Source of the DNA: Macrostomum lignano | Lineage: Eukaryota | Direction of reading: 5' to 3' | NCBI GenBank assembly: GCA_002269645.1 | Contig: NIVC01000692.1 | Coordinates: 371,950 to 435,949, forward strand | DNA length: 64,000 nt | Shown here: positions 15,168-28,114 of the stretch, piece by piece | Layout of the letters: the number at the start of each line of letters is the position of its first letter | Position numbering within the stretch: the first letter of the stretch is position 1 | Position numbers and translations under genes: made by a program | Notes under the pieces: model-generated | The model's input: only the letters and a program-made list of their open reading frames with translations | Database searches by the model: none | Told to the model about the DNA's origin: nothing

Positions 15168-18100
15168 ATGGGCTGGTTCACGACTGTCCGAGCGCTGCTT
15201 GTTCGCGCCCTGTTCGCCACCCACGGCATTGTGACCATAGCCTACCTTCACCGGCAGACCCGCAAGCCGCAGTACTGGTACCTGGCCGCCTCAGTGGCCG
15301 GCCTGCTGCTGGAGTCCATCGTCACCTTTGGGGCCAATCGAGGTCGAGAGTGGAAGTGGTGAGTCACCTGAAGCATGGAGAGTGGAATGCTGTTTACCAT
15401 TTAGGAAGCTGGCGTCTAGTTTCATGAAGTGTCATTTCCTCATCTCAAAAGTCTCATCTCATATCTAAGAAAATCAATATAAAATCGAATTTGTAATCTC
15501 CACAGGGTTGGGAAAATATCCCGGTAAATCTGAACACAACCGAGCTAAAACAGCTAATTTTTGTGCACGCACTGCCTGTTTGTATTAATGGCCGTTCGCA
15601 GAAAGATCACTGAACTGACTGAAGAGTATTTGTGTACTGTAGTGGCTCGTACAAGCTGCCCAGTTGGAGGCAAATCTGGACTATTTGGAGGTTGGGCAGG
15701 GATGACCGGCAAGAGCTAAATCCCAATCTTTCAATCTTTCCCAATGCCCCTAACCGCAGAGTTCTTGAGAGCGTCATTAATTGTTCTCAGCTTCCTGCAA
15801 CAATGCGATATTGAAGCCCTGGTCGGCCGACTGCGCTACCAAAAAATCTATATAGAAAACCGGCTTTGCTCGCTTCATTTGGCGGCTGATCGATCGCTGT
15901 TTGATCCCGCTCTGGGGCTCTCGAGCCGGGGACGCAGGGATATCGCAGATGGGATATTGCCACAGGGAGCAGCACACACACTAGGAGCCAGAGAGGAGCC
16001 TAAATGTGCTGCCTCAATCCGGAGTCGCCACAAAGCGGCTAATTGACCTGCAGCCGCCGCGAGGCCGCCCTCCATCCACAATTCCGCCCTCCGGAACCAA
16101 TCTAATTCCCAAGCTGGTGCGCCGCTCCGGCTGCCGAGATTATCTCAGTGGAGTTCTAATGTATCTTTTATACCCTTCCCTTCACGGAGTTGAGGGCTAT
16201 TGCCGATGTCAGACCGCAAGGCATAAACAATGACCCCTATCTATAAAGCCAACTTGAGGTCTATTGTGTCTGGCTTAGCTACAGAGTCCATAGTCGACTG
16301 AGTTCAGTCGCTGCCAAAACGATATTCGTTAGCTCAACCATCACAGATGCCCCGGTTTACCTATTGTGACGTGGTGCAGCATGCATGTTTCGGGAGACAT
16401 CGTTTTTGGCAGGAAGCAACGCGTGCGTGAGTGCAGCGTGCCATTTTGATGACAATCGTCTGTCTGACACTGCAAGGATGGTAATTCGATTATATCCGAT
16501 TGTCAGCATAGAGCCATAGTAATGGGAGAGACATACGAACTGAAACTGCAATGATGAGTTGCTTTAATTTGTCAATCAATAATCTTACTGGTCTGTATAT
16601 TTATTTATTACGCCATAAATAAACAAATAAATTTAGTAAACAGTTTTAAAATGGAGAAAATGATTGCAAAACCAGAGAAGAAAAGTACATGTATAAATTA
16701 TAAATTCAGCTTTGTTCTGCATTCCAGTTAGGAGCCAACAGCGCAAACACGTGTCCCTAGGGGTTCTCAAGTCCTTAATGCATAACTGGGTAGGTACGTT
16801 TACAGTAAGTGAAGCCAGGAAAGGGTCAATCTCCAGTATGTATCGGAAATAATAATCTACTCTACTGGGGTAAGTGAAAAGTAGACGAAAATAAAAGAAG
16901 ACTGTGATTCAAATCAAAGGTATGTTTAATTCCGGCTCATCCTAATGAAGTGGAGTTGCATTTCTGGCACTACTTGCTTGGCTCAGTCGCATTCAGAGCT
17001 GCGACGAGGTACCAGCTACTATGCACCTCGAAGAGATGAAGAAGGCTCCCGTGATGGGTTCTTATTGCCCTCAAATCCTGTGAAAAACATCAACTGCAAT
17101 AATTTTACAGGTTTTGTCCGTCCGCATTTTTTTACTTGCTGATCACTGTGCCGGCCACCTGGTTCCTGGAATTGGAACTGGTCGAGTGGCGAATCGAGTG
17201 CAACAACACTTACAAGACTACGGACGATATGGTGTGTCAAGCCAAGCGAATGGGCAATGTGTCAGTGATAGTGAGTTTCATTGAACTAGCTGTTTCAGAT
17301 ACAGTGCGGCCGATCAGCCACGTTTTATGATTTTACTTGCAAGTTATAATTTGCCTATCTCTATGTTTCACCGCTTAGAAGAATACACCACACGAGCTGG
17401 ATTTCCTGGAGACGCAGAACTTTGAGCAAACAATCCGGCGTCTTGAGCAACTGCTGCTTCTACTGCTGATCTTGGGCCGCTGGATGCTGCCCAAGGGCAA
17501 ACTGACGCACGATCAGCTGTCTCAGCTTCTGCTGGTCTACATCGGCACCGCAGCCGATATTGTCGAATTCTTCGAGGCCTTCAAAGAGGAAGCCGTGAAG
17601 CGGGATCGCAACCTCATCAAGCTGATCCTCAGCATCTGGACTTGGTCGCTGTTGCAGTTCGTGCTGGTGGTGACGGCGCAGCGGGCTACCAAGCAGCGCC
17701 AGCCGGATAAGCAACTGTCCGCCTCGGCAGAGGCCGCAGCCGCTGTGGCCGCCACGGATCCTGATCAGGCCTACTGCGTGTGCACACCCGACGTTCTTGG
17801 TATAGTGATGTCCATGATGCTGCAGGACCTGCCCTACCTGATCATCCGTCTCTACATGATGTTTAACTACAACACCACCAGCTATACGAATGTGTTCTTC
17901 ACGCTGAAGAATTCCCTCGTGTGTAGCCTGCTCACCTACCGGCTGTGGGTTATCTACTCCACCCGCTTCCGCCTAATCAGCAAGGCACGACGGATACGGC
18001 GAGCGGCGCGTAACTTTGATTTGATGGCTGCCGCCGAGGCCGAAGGCGAGTCTGGCAGCGGCCCAACCGCCTTCAGGATGCGACGCCTTCTCCAGCAGCG

Positions 18101-18323
18101 TCGAGCAGCCGGTCACGGCCACTTGGTGGCCTCCCGGTCCCTGGCCTTCGATCCATCACCCACGTCTACTCTGAAGGGCGAGAGCTCTTCGCAGAGAGCT
18201 GCAGCGACCATGGCTGCGGATGCCGAGATGGTGGTGGCTGCTGAAGCCGAAGACAAGTTCCGTCTGGTGCGGCCAAAGTCGGCGCCGATTCAACTGGCCG
18301 AACCGGAGGACGAAGAAATTTAA
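15168..18323 (+). CDS. TMEM26: Transmembrane protein 26 homologue, 3 exons (15168-15358, 17111-17270, 17379-18323), 431 aa
   Basis: GT-AG introns with consistent phases (TG|G = Trp; phase 0). Family motifs: N-terminal 'ALLVRALFATHG', 'GREWKWFCPSAFFYL..VPATWFLEL', 'LGRWMLPKGKLTHDQLSQLLLVYIGTAADIVEF', 'QDLPYLIIRL', 'FFTLKN'. Stop TAA at 18321-18323. Confidence 0.92.
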
Positions 18324-20014
18324 CTAAGACAGTTTAACTTCACGCGCGCGAATATTCTACTTACAGCAGGAGGGGCATGAAATCGATGAAGTAGTGGGAT
18401 TTTTTAAATCCTGTTTTTTGCAGACAGTAAAGTATAATGTGTGCACATGTTTGGTTTTTTATTTGTTTTTTGTCATTCAATCACAAAAAGCATAAGTGAG
18501 TTGTAAATGGATTGCCACAAATGAAACAGAGATACTTGAAGTAGCTTGACGAGATGCTCACTTATTGATTAATATAAGCTAGACTTTTTGTATTTTTATG
18601 AGCGTTTGAACAAATACATAGAGACTTCATCAATCTCTCTCAATGTACGCGCACTCCTACATGTCGTATGTCTCTTTAATTGCAAATTTGAGTTAGTCCA
18701 ATAAATGAAATTATAATTGATAACTAACACTGTATCTTGTCTATATACTGACGTTAATAGACGGTATTTAAATGACATAGCGGTATGCGTACTTTGGAAA
18801 ATAATACTGACTATGCGTCGATCTGTATGCTACGTGTACTGTGTCTGGCTCGTAAGTGCACGTGTTCAGAGCTTTATTGTACATGTACGCTCGTACAATG
18901 TTACATGTATGTAATGCGGATAGTTTTCTGTTTAAAATAAAGCGCGAAGTCATGCAGTTACAGATAGCGCACGGAATGTTTTTTTATTTCTTTTCTTACT
19001 TAAATGTACAGTAAAATTTAAATCTTCGGCCGTTCTTTAGTAAACAGAATGTCAGTTATTTATCAGACATGAGCGTAAGAAGAAATGCATGCATGGGCAT
19101 TATAGCTATAGTACTTTGAAATTGTAAACGATTGTCAGCGGGGTTGCGAGAGCTGCTACCTCTGCAACCCTGTCGTGACCTGGCTAAATGGATCAGTAGT
19201 GATTTTCACCTGTTTCAGCAGTTTTTTGAGGAAAAATTGGCACTGATTAAACCCAGAAGTCTATAAATGTATACGACCACACCTGATTTGAAGCGTGCTC
19301 AATAAAATTCTTCCAGAGTTTTGATTATCTCTACTCTGTGGGGGCCGCAGCCTAGTACTACTACATGTAGTAGGTCTATAGTACTATACGGCGCTCTTTA
19401 TATGTGCGAGCGGCCCACAGTCTCGATTCCAAGTGCAATCACATTAATTTTGAGATAAATTGGACCGAATCTCGGCTTGGGTCTGTTGACAGTTAAGATT
19501 TTTTAGGGACAACCCCCCAAGGCACAGTGAAGCGTAAATATGCCTAAAAGTAAGAACCGCAGCTAGTACACTCCTGCAGTGCGAGGTGTGTGCGTATGAC
19601 TGGTGTGCGTAACTGCGCGCATGTGTGCCTGCTCGGGAGTTGGAGGAATTGATGAGCATGCAGTAATGCCTCTTGCCGGTTGTGTGATAATTTCGTTTAA
19701 AGTGTTGTAAGGGTGGACACATCCGGACCAATGAGCACTGTATAATATACGTTACAGTGGTCCTTGATCCGGACTCTGCCTTTAATGAAAAACCACTGTA
19801 GTACAATTTCCAGGAATTGTATGATAAAAAATGATATTTTCAGCTTTACGTCCTATCGTACTAGCTACAGTGGTCTTAAATCAAAAACAGAACAACAGAA
19901 CAAAACAAAACAGAACAGCGACGTTGCCGCGACGAAGTGTGTTACTAGGTAGGGCCTTGAGTCGTTTTATGTAATATTCAAGTATTGATCGAGCTGCCAA
20001 GTGTCAACTATATT

Positions 20015-20854
20015 GGGTGCGTTCGAGTGACTTAAAATGACTTAAACTGCCATTTTAACGTCCTTAGTAAAACAAATGTTAAGCAGACTAAATGTAAAAA
20101 TAATCTAGGTAAATGATAGTCAAATTACAATTAAGAATTAATTCAATTTCTAAAACCGGTCTAAGATTAAAAAACGTCACCTATACTTCTTCCAACTCAA
20201 CCTGAACGCCTAGGCACCGTTTTAACTTCGCTCGCAATTACCACATTTAATCGTAATTGAATATTTTGTATTCTTCACCTTTGTTCTATCATTTGCTTTC
20301 ACGTCCTTTTGCTCAGTTCGCTGCCCGTCATTATAGTCTTTGAATAATTGCTTAGTACTAATATTGTTTATTTATTAATTTTTATTACATAGTAGTTTAT
20401 TTGGACTTGGAATATAGTCACTATTATTGTTGCTACTGTTATTATTTTTCTATTGGAGTTTTGTACTTTTTCAGCTTGGTTCTTATTCTTCAATATAGTA
20501 TCTGAGTGAACTTCATGTTATAGTTTACTAAGCAATTATTCAAAGACTATTTTGACGGGCAGCGAAGTGAGCAAAAAGACGTGAAAGCAAATGATAGAAC
20601 AAAGGTGAAGAATACAAAATATTCAATTACGATTAAATGTGGTAATTGCGAGCGAAGTTAAAACGGTGCCTAGGCGTTCAGGTTGAGTTGGAAGAAGTAT
20701 AGGTGACGTTTTTTAATCTTAGACCGGTTTTAGAAATTGAATTAATTCTTAATTGTTATTTGACTATCATTTACCTAGATTATTTTTACATTTAGTCTGC
20801 TTAACATTTGTTTTACTAAGGACGTTAAAATGGCAGTTTAAGTCATTTTAAGTC
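20015..20854. mobile_element. Foldback MITE, PIF/Harbinger-like; its last 14 bp are displaced to 33351-33364
   Basis: ~329-bp inverted arms (20029-20357 / 20526-20854) around a ~168-bp spacer. The left terminus GGGTGCGTTCGAGT is matched by ACTCGAACGCACCC at 33351-33364. ATT lies on both outer sides (20012-20014, 33365-33367), i.e. a 3-bp TSD with GGG..CCC termini. The superfamily assignment is inference. Confidence 0.75.
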
Positions 20855-22239
20855 GGCTGCTGGCCAGCCGTGTCACAAACACGTAGCAGAATAGGACACG
20901 TTTTTTTCGGCTTCAGAAGCGGTCAATACATGTTTTGTGTACGAAAATGTATTAGTAAGATGTATCACCCGTGACACAACGTAAGGCTCAAAAATACCTC
21001 TTCACAAGAGCCTTAACCTTTTTTTTAGCCTTTTCCTTGAGAGCATTTTCCTTAAAGGCAGATAATACCCGTCGATAGGTATTTGTACCCATATTTTTAT
21101 GAATTTTAAGGCTTCCGTGTACTCGCGTGTAGAAGTTGTCACGGGTGATGTTGGTAAACTGTATAATTCAAATTCCATTCTAGCTAGCTATTAAAATAAT
21201 TAGCCTGCGTCAGGATTAGCAAAAATTTAAAGGGCTAGTGACCAATGTAGCTAGTTCTAGTTTAGGAAGTTGCGCATCTTACCTAGCTATCTTATTCTTG
21301 GTCTAATCGGCTAGGCCTATGCTATGCTGTTCGACCTAAATATTAAATTTTACTACTATTGCCATTTTGTTACAGATTTATTTAGGACCTACTGTTCTAC
21401 CAATGTCAATGGCAATAGATTAAATTTAAAACTACCTAGGCAGCTAGGCCTAGTAATTTTGCATTTAGTAATACAAAGCCTACTATTTCACTGATTATTT
21501 TCTTCTATTGACTAGTAGCCCTAAATCTAAAATATTTTCTTTTCTTTTGTGTTATAACTATAAGGCCTAGCCTTTACCTTTATGTTATATTATTAAAATG
21601 TTCTTTTGACTTAATAATAGTATTAATAAGCATCTTTTTTCTTTCTTGGATGTAAAGTTAATTTGGTCCTTCTTTGATTTAATTTAATTAGCTTATATTT
21701 TATACAATTTACTAAGGCTATAGGAATAGAAGTATTATAATATTTATATTAATTTTTTCTAACAAATATTATAAATTCTGTTTTATAAGCATCAAAAATG
21801 GAAATATAAAACAAGATAATATAGAGCACATTCTATATTGAAATATTATGCACATTTTTTAAATATTTTGATAAATAAGATTTCTCCACAAAATTAAAAA
21901 ATATTTTAGAAATTAGATTATAAACTTAAAGCCATAAACCATAGACTAGCAACTAGTTATTTACTACCATTATAAAGTAAGTCATGATATCTATCTAGTA
22001 GTCATGACCTTTTCTTCCTCTCTAACCTCTATCTATATCCTGTTCTTCTTTCTAGACCTATTTTCTTTCTAAAAATTTACCTCCTCTTCCTTCCAATATT
22101 ACTCCTTTCTTTATTTTAGCCCCATCATGTCTTCCCCTTGAATCCTTATTCTCTCCTCTTCACTACCTACCTTCTCTTTTCTAGTTCTTACTTTCCTCAT
22201 TTCTAGCCCTTACTCTCTTCTCCTCTCCAGCCTAACCCT

Positions 22240-23890
22240 CCTAGCCTCACCTCTTCCTCCAGCCCCACCTAAACCTCTTTGAACCTCTAGCCCCATCTTT
22301 TTTTCTTTCCAGCCCTATCCTCCTCCACTCTAGTCTCATCCTACCTTCCAGTCTTATCCTTCTTTCTAGCCTCACCCTCCTCCCTTTCAAGCCCTACCCT
22401 CCTTCCCTGCACCACCACCCTCCTTCTCTCCAGCCCTACCCTCCCTCCCTGCTACCCTGCTTTCCTTCTAGCCCTACCTTTTTCCCTACTACCCGCATTC
22501 CCCTCCAGCTTCCATCTTCTATCCTCTAGCCCAACCCTTCAGCCCTATCCTTCCCTCTAACCCTACCCCCTTTCCCTCCAGCCCTACCCTCCTTCTCTGC
22601 AGCACCACCCTCCTACCCTCTAGCCCACCCTCCTTCCCTCTAGCCCACCCTCCTTCCCTCTAGCCCACCCTCCTTCCCTCTAGCCCTACCCTCCTTCCTC
22701 TAGCCCTACCCTCCTACCCTCTAGCCCCACCCTCCTTCCCTCTAGCCCACCCTCCTTCCCTCTAGCCCACCCTCCTTCCCTCTAGCCCTACCCTCCTTCC
22801 CTCTAGCCCTACCCTCCTTTCCTCCAGCCCCACTCTCCTTCCCTCCAGCCCCACTCTCCTTCCCTCCAGCCCCACCCTCCTTCCCTCCAGCCCGACTCTC
22901 CTTCCCTCAAGCCCTGCCCTCTTCCCCTACTGCCCCACGCTCCCCTCCAGCTTCCATCCTCTTCTACCCTCTAGCCCCACCCTCTTACCCTTCAGCCCCA
23001 TCCTTCCCTCTAACCCTACCCCCTTTCCCTCCAGCCCTACCCTCCTTCCCTCCAGCCCCACTCTCCTTCCCTCCATCCCCACCCTCCTTCCCTCTAGCCC
23101 TGCCCTCCTCCTCGACTTTCCACCCTCCCTTCCAGCTTCCACCCTCTCCTCCCTCCAGGACCCACCCTCCCTCCTTCTAGCCCTACCCTCCTTCCCTCCA
23201 GCCCCACTCGCCTTCCCTCTAGCCCACCCTCCTTCCCTCCAGCCCCACCCTCCTTCCCTCCAGCCCGACACTCCTTCCCTCCAGCCCCACTCTCCTTCCC
23301 TCAAGCCCCGCCCTCTTCCTCTACTGCCCCACGCTCCCCTCCAGCTTCCATCCTCTTCCACCCTCTAGCCCCACCCTCTTACCCTTCCACCCCATCCTTC
23401 CCTCTAACCCTACCCCCTTTCCCTCCAGCCCCACTCGCCTTAGCTCTAGCCCCACCCTCCCTCCCTCTAGCCCTACCCTCCTTCCCTCCAGCCACACCCT
23501 CCTTCCCTCCAGCCCTGCTCTCCTTTCCTCTAGCCCCACTCTCCTTCCTCCAGCCCTACTCTCCTTCCCTCCAGCCCCACCCTCCTTCCCTCCAGCGCTA
23601 CCCTCCTTCTCTGCAGCACCACCCTCCTTCCCTCCAGCCCGACTCTCCTTCCCTCAAGCCCCGCCCTCTTCCCCTACTGCCCCACGCTCCCCTCCAGCTT
23701 CCATCCTCTTCTACCCTCTAGCCCCACCCTCTTACCCTTTAGCCCCATCCTTCCTTCCAGCACCACCGCCTTCTTTCCCCAACCCCAACCTCTCCTCCCC
23801 TCGAGTGCTCAGCCTCTCCTCCCCTCAAGTGCTCAGCCTCTCCTCCCCTCCAGCCTCACCCTCTCCTCCCCCAGCATGAACATCTTCGCC
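22240..23890. repeat. Degenerate C/T-rich minisatellite (~21-22-bp unit ccctccagccccaccctcctt), left arm
   Basis: Polypyrimidine tandem units with a larger internal repeating block; mirrored in the right arm. Confidence 0.9.
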
Positions 23891-24182
23891 CCTACTGGCC
23901 CACCCTTCGCCCCTGCAGTCCCCACCCTATTCTCCTTTTCAGCCTCACCCTTTTTTCGTAGCTTTGTTAATTAAATTTAATTATCCGTTTTAGAAGTAAA
24001 AACGAATATTTCTCCTTCCTCTCTTCAGAATCTCCTCGATAGGGAGAAAAAGATAAGGCCAAGGCAAAACCTAACAATAGCAAACCAAGCAATGGAGACA
24101 ATGCTACGGAGGGCCCTGCCAACAGGATGAGTACGGCTTTCTACTTCCTACCGAACAAACAGCCGCCAATCGCCAATCAAAG

Positions 24183-24640
24183 AAGCGGCTGTCACTCCTG
24201 GGTTACGCCGACGACCTGGCGCTGCCCGCCTCTACGGCTGAGGGAGCCCCAGCGCATGCTAGACAGCCTGGTGGCAGCTGCGGCATCGGTCGGGCATCAA
24301 CACCGAGAAGACGAGGTGATGACTGTACCCGCGGAGCTGCCTATCAAAATCACCTGCTGGGACGCCCGACGGTTGTGCAGCAGCTCTACCTCGTTGCACC
24401 CTCGCTGCGACTACCCAGCGAGACCTTCCGCAGGCGAAGACTTCAGCTGGTGGGCCACACCATCCGCGTGGAGGCCTACTGTTCTCAACCATTGAACCAG
24501 TGCAGGACGTCCTGCTGCTCACGATGCAGGGCCCCTGGCGCCGGGATTACGGCCGGGCGGGTCGCTACGCGGATTGCCTGCTGGATGACGCTGGGTGATC
24601 GGCCAGGCGCACGCTGTTGTCGCTTTCAGAGAGTTAGCAC
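24183..24640 (+). pseudogene. RTE-like non-LTR retrotransposon reverse-transcriptase remnant (left arm)
   Basis: RLSLLGYADDLAL with YADD at 24204-24215, then frameshifted 'QRMLDSLVAAAASVG', 'PSETFRRRRLQLVGHTIR' and 'PVQDVLLLTMQGPWRR..RYADCLLDDAG'. This is an internally deleted pol C-terminus. Confidence 0.8.
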
Positions 24641-25564
24641 TGAAAGAACTGATCTGACACTGCCTCCCATTGTGAACTGTTACTCTTAACTCAACCTTGC
24701 CTTGTTGTTTTCTCTTCAGAATAATTTGCCCAGCTGCAAACTGTGATGGTGCATATCTCGTACTCGCGATTGAAAAATCTTATACTTCTTACTGTTTCAC
24801 TGATTTAATTCCGAACCAACCAGGAAAACAAATTTATTTTTAATTCCGTGCATTTTTCTTGTGCTTTACTTTTACTGATCGGTGTTAGTGCTATTTATTG
24901 TGTGTAATATTATCGAAAAATTCAATTTCCGATGTCATTATTTAGGAACTTCCGCTGTGCTGTATTAAAACTATATAGTACTTCCGCATGCACTGACGTA
25001 GCATTGCGCCAATAATTTTACATTGCGTGACGCAGGCGCCTAAACCAATCTTTTGTTGAATGCTACTAGCATAATAATCCTTTGAAATACATTGTATTGC
25101 TATACTGCATTGCTTTTGATGATCTAAACGAGACTAGCTAGACTCCTCACTGATCCATACGAGTATGCTCCTCAGTCCTCAAGCGAACTACGAGTATATG
25201 GAAACGAGAGCAGATTGAGCTAGCAGCAAACTTAGTATTTGATCTTCGGATCACGGATAGAATCAAGGAAATGTAGATCTGGCACTTAAACAAAAGTCCT
25301 TGATTTAATGGAATACAGCAATTTTCAATCTGTCACTTTTTCAACTTCAACTTTTTTAAATTTGGATTGGCGCAAGTCTCCTTTACATCGTCAAAAGCAA
25401 TACTGGTTCCAATCCAAGAGAATGATTTGTTGATAACTGTATTTCACTCTTTGAGCTGAACGCTGTGTTTGACCATTATTTTGTTGGTGTACAGCGTGCA
25501 ACAGATCGCATGAATTGGTAAATTTCCTTTCATCCTATAATTCTGGTAGGGGGCGCTGCTGTTG

Positions 25565-25945
25565 CAAAGAGCGGGGTGGATAGCGGAGCTGTTGCAGGAG
25601 CTGCGGCAGATAGCGGAACTGTTGCAGGAGCTGCGGCAGATAGCGGAGCTGTTGCAGGAGCTGCGGCAGATAGCGGAGCTGTTGCAGGAGCTGCGGCAGA
25701 TAGCGGAGCTGTTGCAGGAGCTGCGGCAGATAGCGGAGCTGTTACAGGAGCTGCGGCAGATAGCGGAGCTGTTGCAGGAGCTGCGGCAGATAGCGGAGCT
25801 GTTACAGGAGCTGCGGCAGATAGCGGAGCTGTTGCAGGAGCTGCGGCAGATAGCGGAGCTGTTGCAGGAGCTGCGGCAGATAGCGGAGCTGTTGCAGGAG
25901 CTGCGGCAGATAGCGGAGCTGTTACAGGAGCTGCGGCAGATAGCA
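25565..25945. repeat. Minisatellite, 30-bp unit (tagcggagctgttgcaggagctgcggcaga), ~12.5 copies (left arm)
   Basis: Exact 30-bp periodicity. Confidence 0.97.
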
Positions 25946-27061
25946 GATTTACTCGTATCCCAAAAATATTCGCCTTTAAAATTGCATACAGTGTTTGAAA
26001 AAATCAATTGTGGAGTTTTAGATGCTTGAATCAATTTTGCTTAAGCCAGTGGCGTTTGCCGTACATGCCGTTCAATCTTTTTGTACATAAGGCCAAGCAT
26101 AATTCTCAAATGGTAGATTTATCGCTTGGTTTCAAGTGCGTTAAGTCCTGTCACGAGTGCGCATAGCCTCCTCGCCTGTGTGGAGTTTTATTAGCCATTG
26201 ATGAGGCTCCATGACCAGTAGCGCACTTGATCCAGTAATCTTTACGCACGAATTAAGGAATCTTAATAACGAATAACCAATTAAGGAATTTATTTGCGAA
26301 GCTGTTTTCTGATTTAGACAAGCGTATAGACATTTAGAGGAATTGGAACTTACCATACTGCTAAGGAAAGGGAAAACAGCTTGTCTGCATGGAGTTCTCA
26401 CAGGAAGCTGGAGTTTTACCATAAGACTATAAGAGATATACATGTAAAGAGTGGGGACTAAAATTTTGAGTTGGTCCAGGAAGAAGAGGTGACGAGAAGG
26501 ACGACAAGAGCTGAAAATGTCTCTAACCACTACAGATCGACTAAGGCTTTAGACTGGCATGGAGTGACGGCGCTGGTTGATGAGCACTGGCTGTCTCCGG
26601 CGATTTTTTGACGAAGATCACAGGCAAACAATTCAAATAGACTTTTGGATTACCGGAGATTGATGGAGCTGGCTAAGAAGAAGCTGTACTGGTGGAGTTG
26701 ACAAGAATATTTGCGCTCAGTAACTCGAGAAGACCAGCTGAATTGAAGGGACAAAGGGAGAAGATCGTTCTTTATTTGGGCCTCTTTTGGAAGCTTGCTT
26801 CTGCGCACATACAGCCATGACCTGACCTGAAGGACCTGACAAGATGTAAGAAAGGTCTACTAGCTACATTTAGATGCCGGCGTCAAATTTCTCTACATAA
26901 CAGCACCAACGGAACTTTGTTCCAGATAATGACCTGTGCCCCAACATTCTCAATGAGTGCCAGTCCAATCGCGTCTCCACCGAAGGAATCTCCATCTGAG
27001 ATAACGCTACACTCCCGTAGCTATCGTATCACGCGATATATCCTCAATGACCACTGCTGGA

Positions 27062-27392
27062 ACCCTGGGTGAGCTCCACTGCTACCACTGACGGTTCAAA
27101 GCAGTCAATCAACACCGGCTTTGATGTTGGGATCTTTCTGAACGGGAGGGTTTCGCAACCAACGCTCAGTACACTGAGGTCAACTCCAATGTTTTCCAAA
27201 ATGAATTAGTTCTCGCCATCAGCTCCTGCACTGCAGAGCTTCTCGCCACTGGCGTAACCGGTAAGAGCATAACCGAAACCGGCCTTGTAGACTTGGCATG
27301 GCATCTGTGGCTGCAGCGTCAATTCTAAAACATTCCTTGACATGTTGGGTTCCACCAACGAATTTACTCTTCACTGGGTTCCGGGGCATGTG
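27062..27392 (+). pseudogene. RNase H domain remnant of a non-LTR retrotransposon, frameshifted
   Basis: Motifs in the correct order across frameshifts: (ELHCY)TDGSK (GAC at 27090), NVFQNELVLAISSCTAELL, FTLHWVPGHV (27363-27392). Confidence 0.7.
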
Positions 27393-27729
27393 CAGGAGCG
27401 GTGGAAGATAGCAGAGCTGTTGCAAGGAGCCAGCGGTGGTAGATAGTGGAGCATGGCCAGCAGGGCGGGAGCGAAGAGTAGAAGTGGCAGGCTGCAGAAG
27501 CTTTTTGTTGTTTTGCATGGCTGCTAAACATGTAAATGCTGAAGTTAATTATGATAAATTGAGTACATGTGCGTGTGAGATGTGCTTTTTATTAGCCATA
27601 AACGGTATACAGTATGTACAGTACAGCTACATTAGCATACATATATATTGTAGTTCAATAACATTTTGACTCAAACGAGTCCGGCGTTCGAGTCACGACG
27701 ATGTGCCATTTTTTTAAATTTATTTAGTC

Positions 27730-27890
27730 TCCAGACCACAAGTCCTCAAGGATACGGTACAGCTGATCAAGGGAAGCTGGCTGCTGCCTCTGGATGTCCC
27801 ACTCGACCCAGTTCCATATATTCTATATCGGATTGAGGTCTGGTGACTGTGCTGGCCAGTCCATGGTGCGAATGTTGTTCTCAGCTATGC
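27730..27890 (-). pseudogene. Tc1-family transposase C-terminal remnant
   Basis: Minus strand reads IAENNIRTMDWPAQSPDLNPI*NIWNWVEWDIQRQQPASLDQLYRILEDLW. This is the Tc1 WPxxSPDLNPIE motif with the catalytic Glu replaced by TAG (27823-27825). Confidence 0.85.
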
Positions 27891-28114
27891 TCGGCTATGC
27901 GCACTCGTGACAGGACTTAACGCACTTGAAACCAAGCGATAAATCTACCATTTGAGAATTATGCTTGGCCTTATGTACAAAAAGATTGAACGGCATGTAC
28001 GGCAAACGCCACTGGCTTAAGCAAAATTGATTCAAGCATCTAAAACTCCACAATTGATTTTTTCAAACACTGTATGCAATTTTAAAGGCGAATATTTTTG
28101 GGATACGAGTAAAT

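Noticed and set aside
15777-15977. Minus-strand 'FNIALLQE', resembling the start of an APE endonuclease, in TMEM26 intron 1
   Set aside because: A single short motif with no further endonuclease motifs found.
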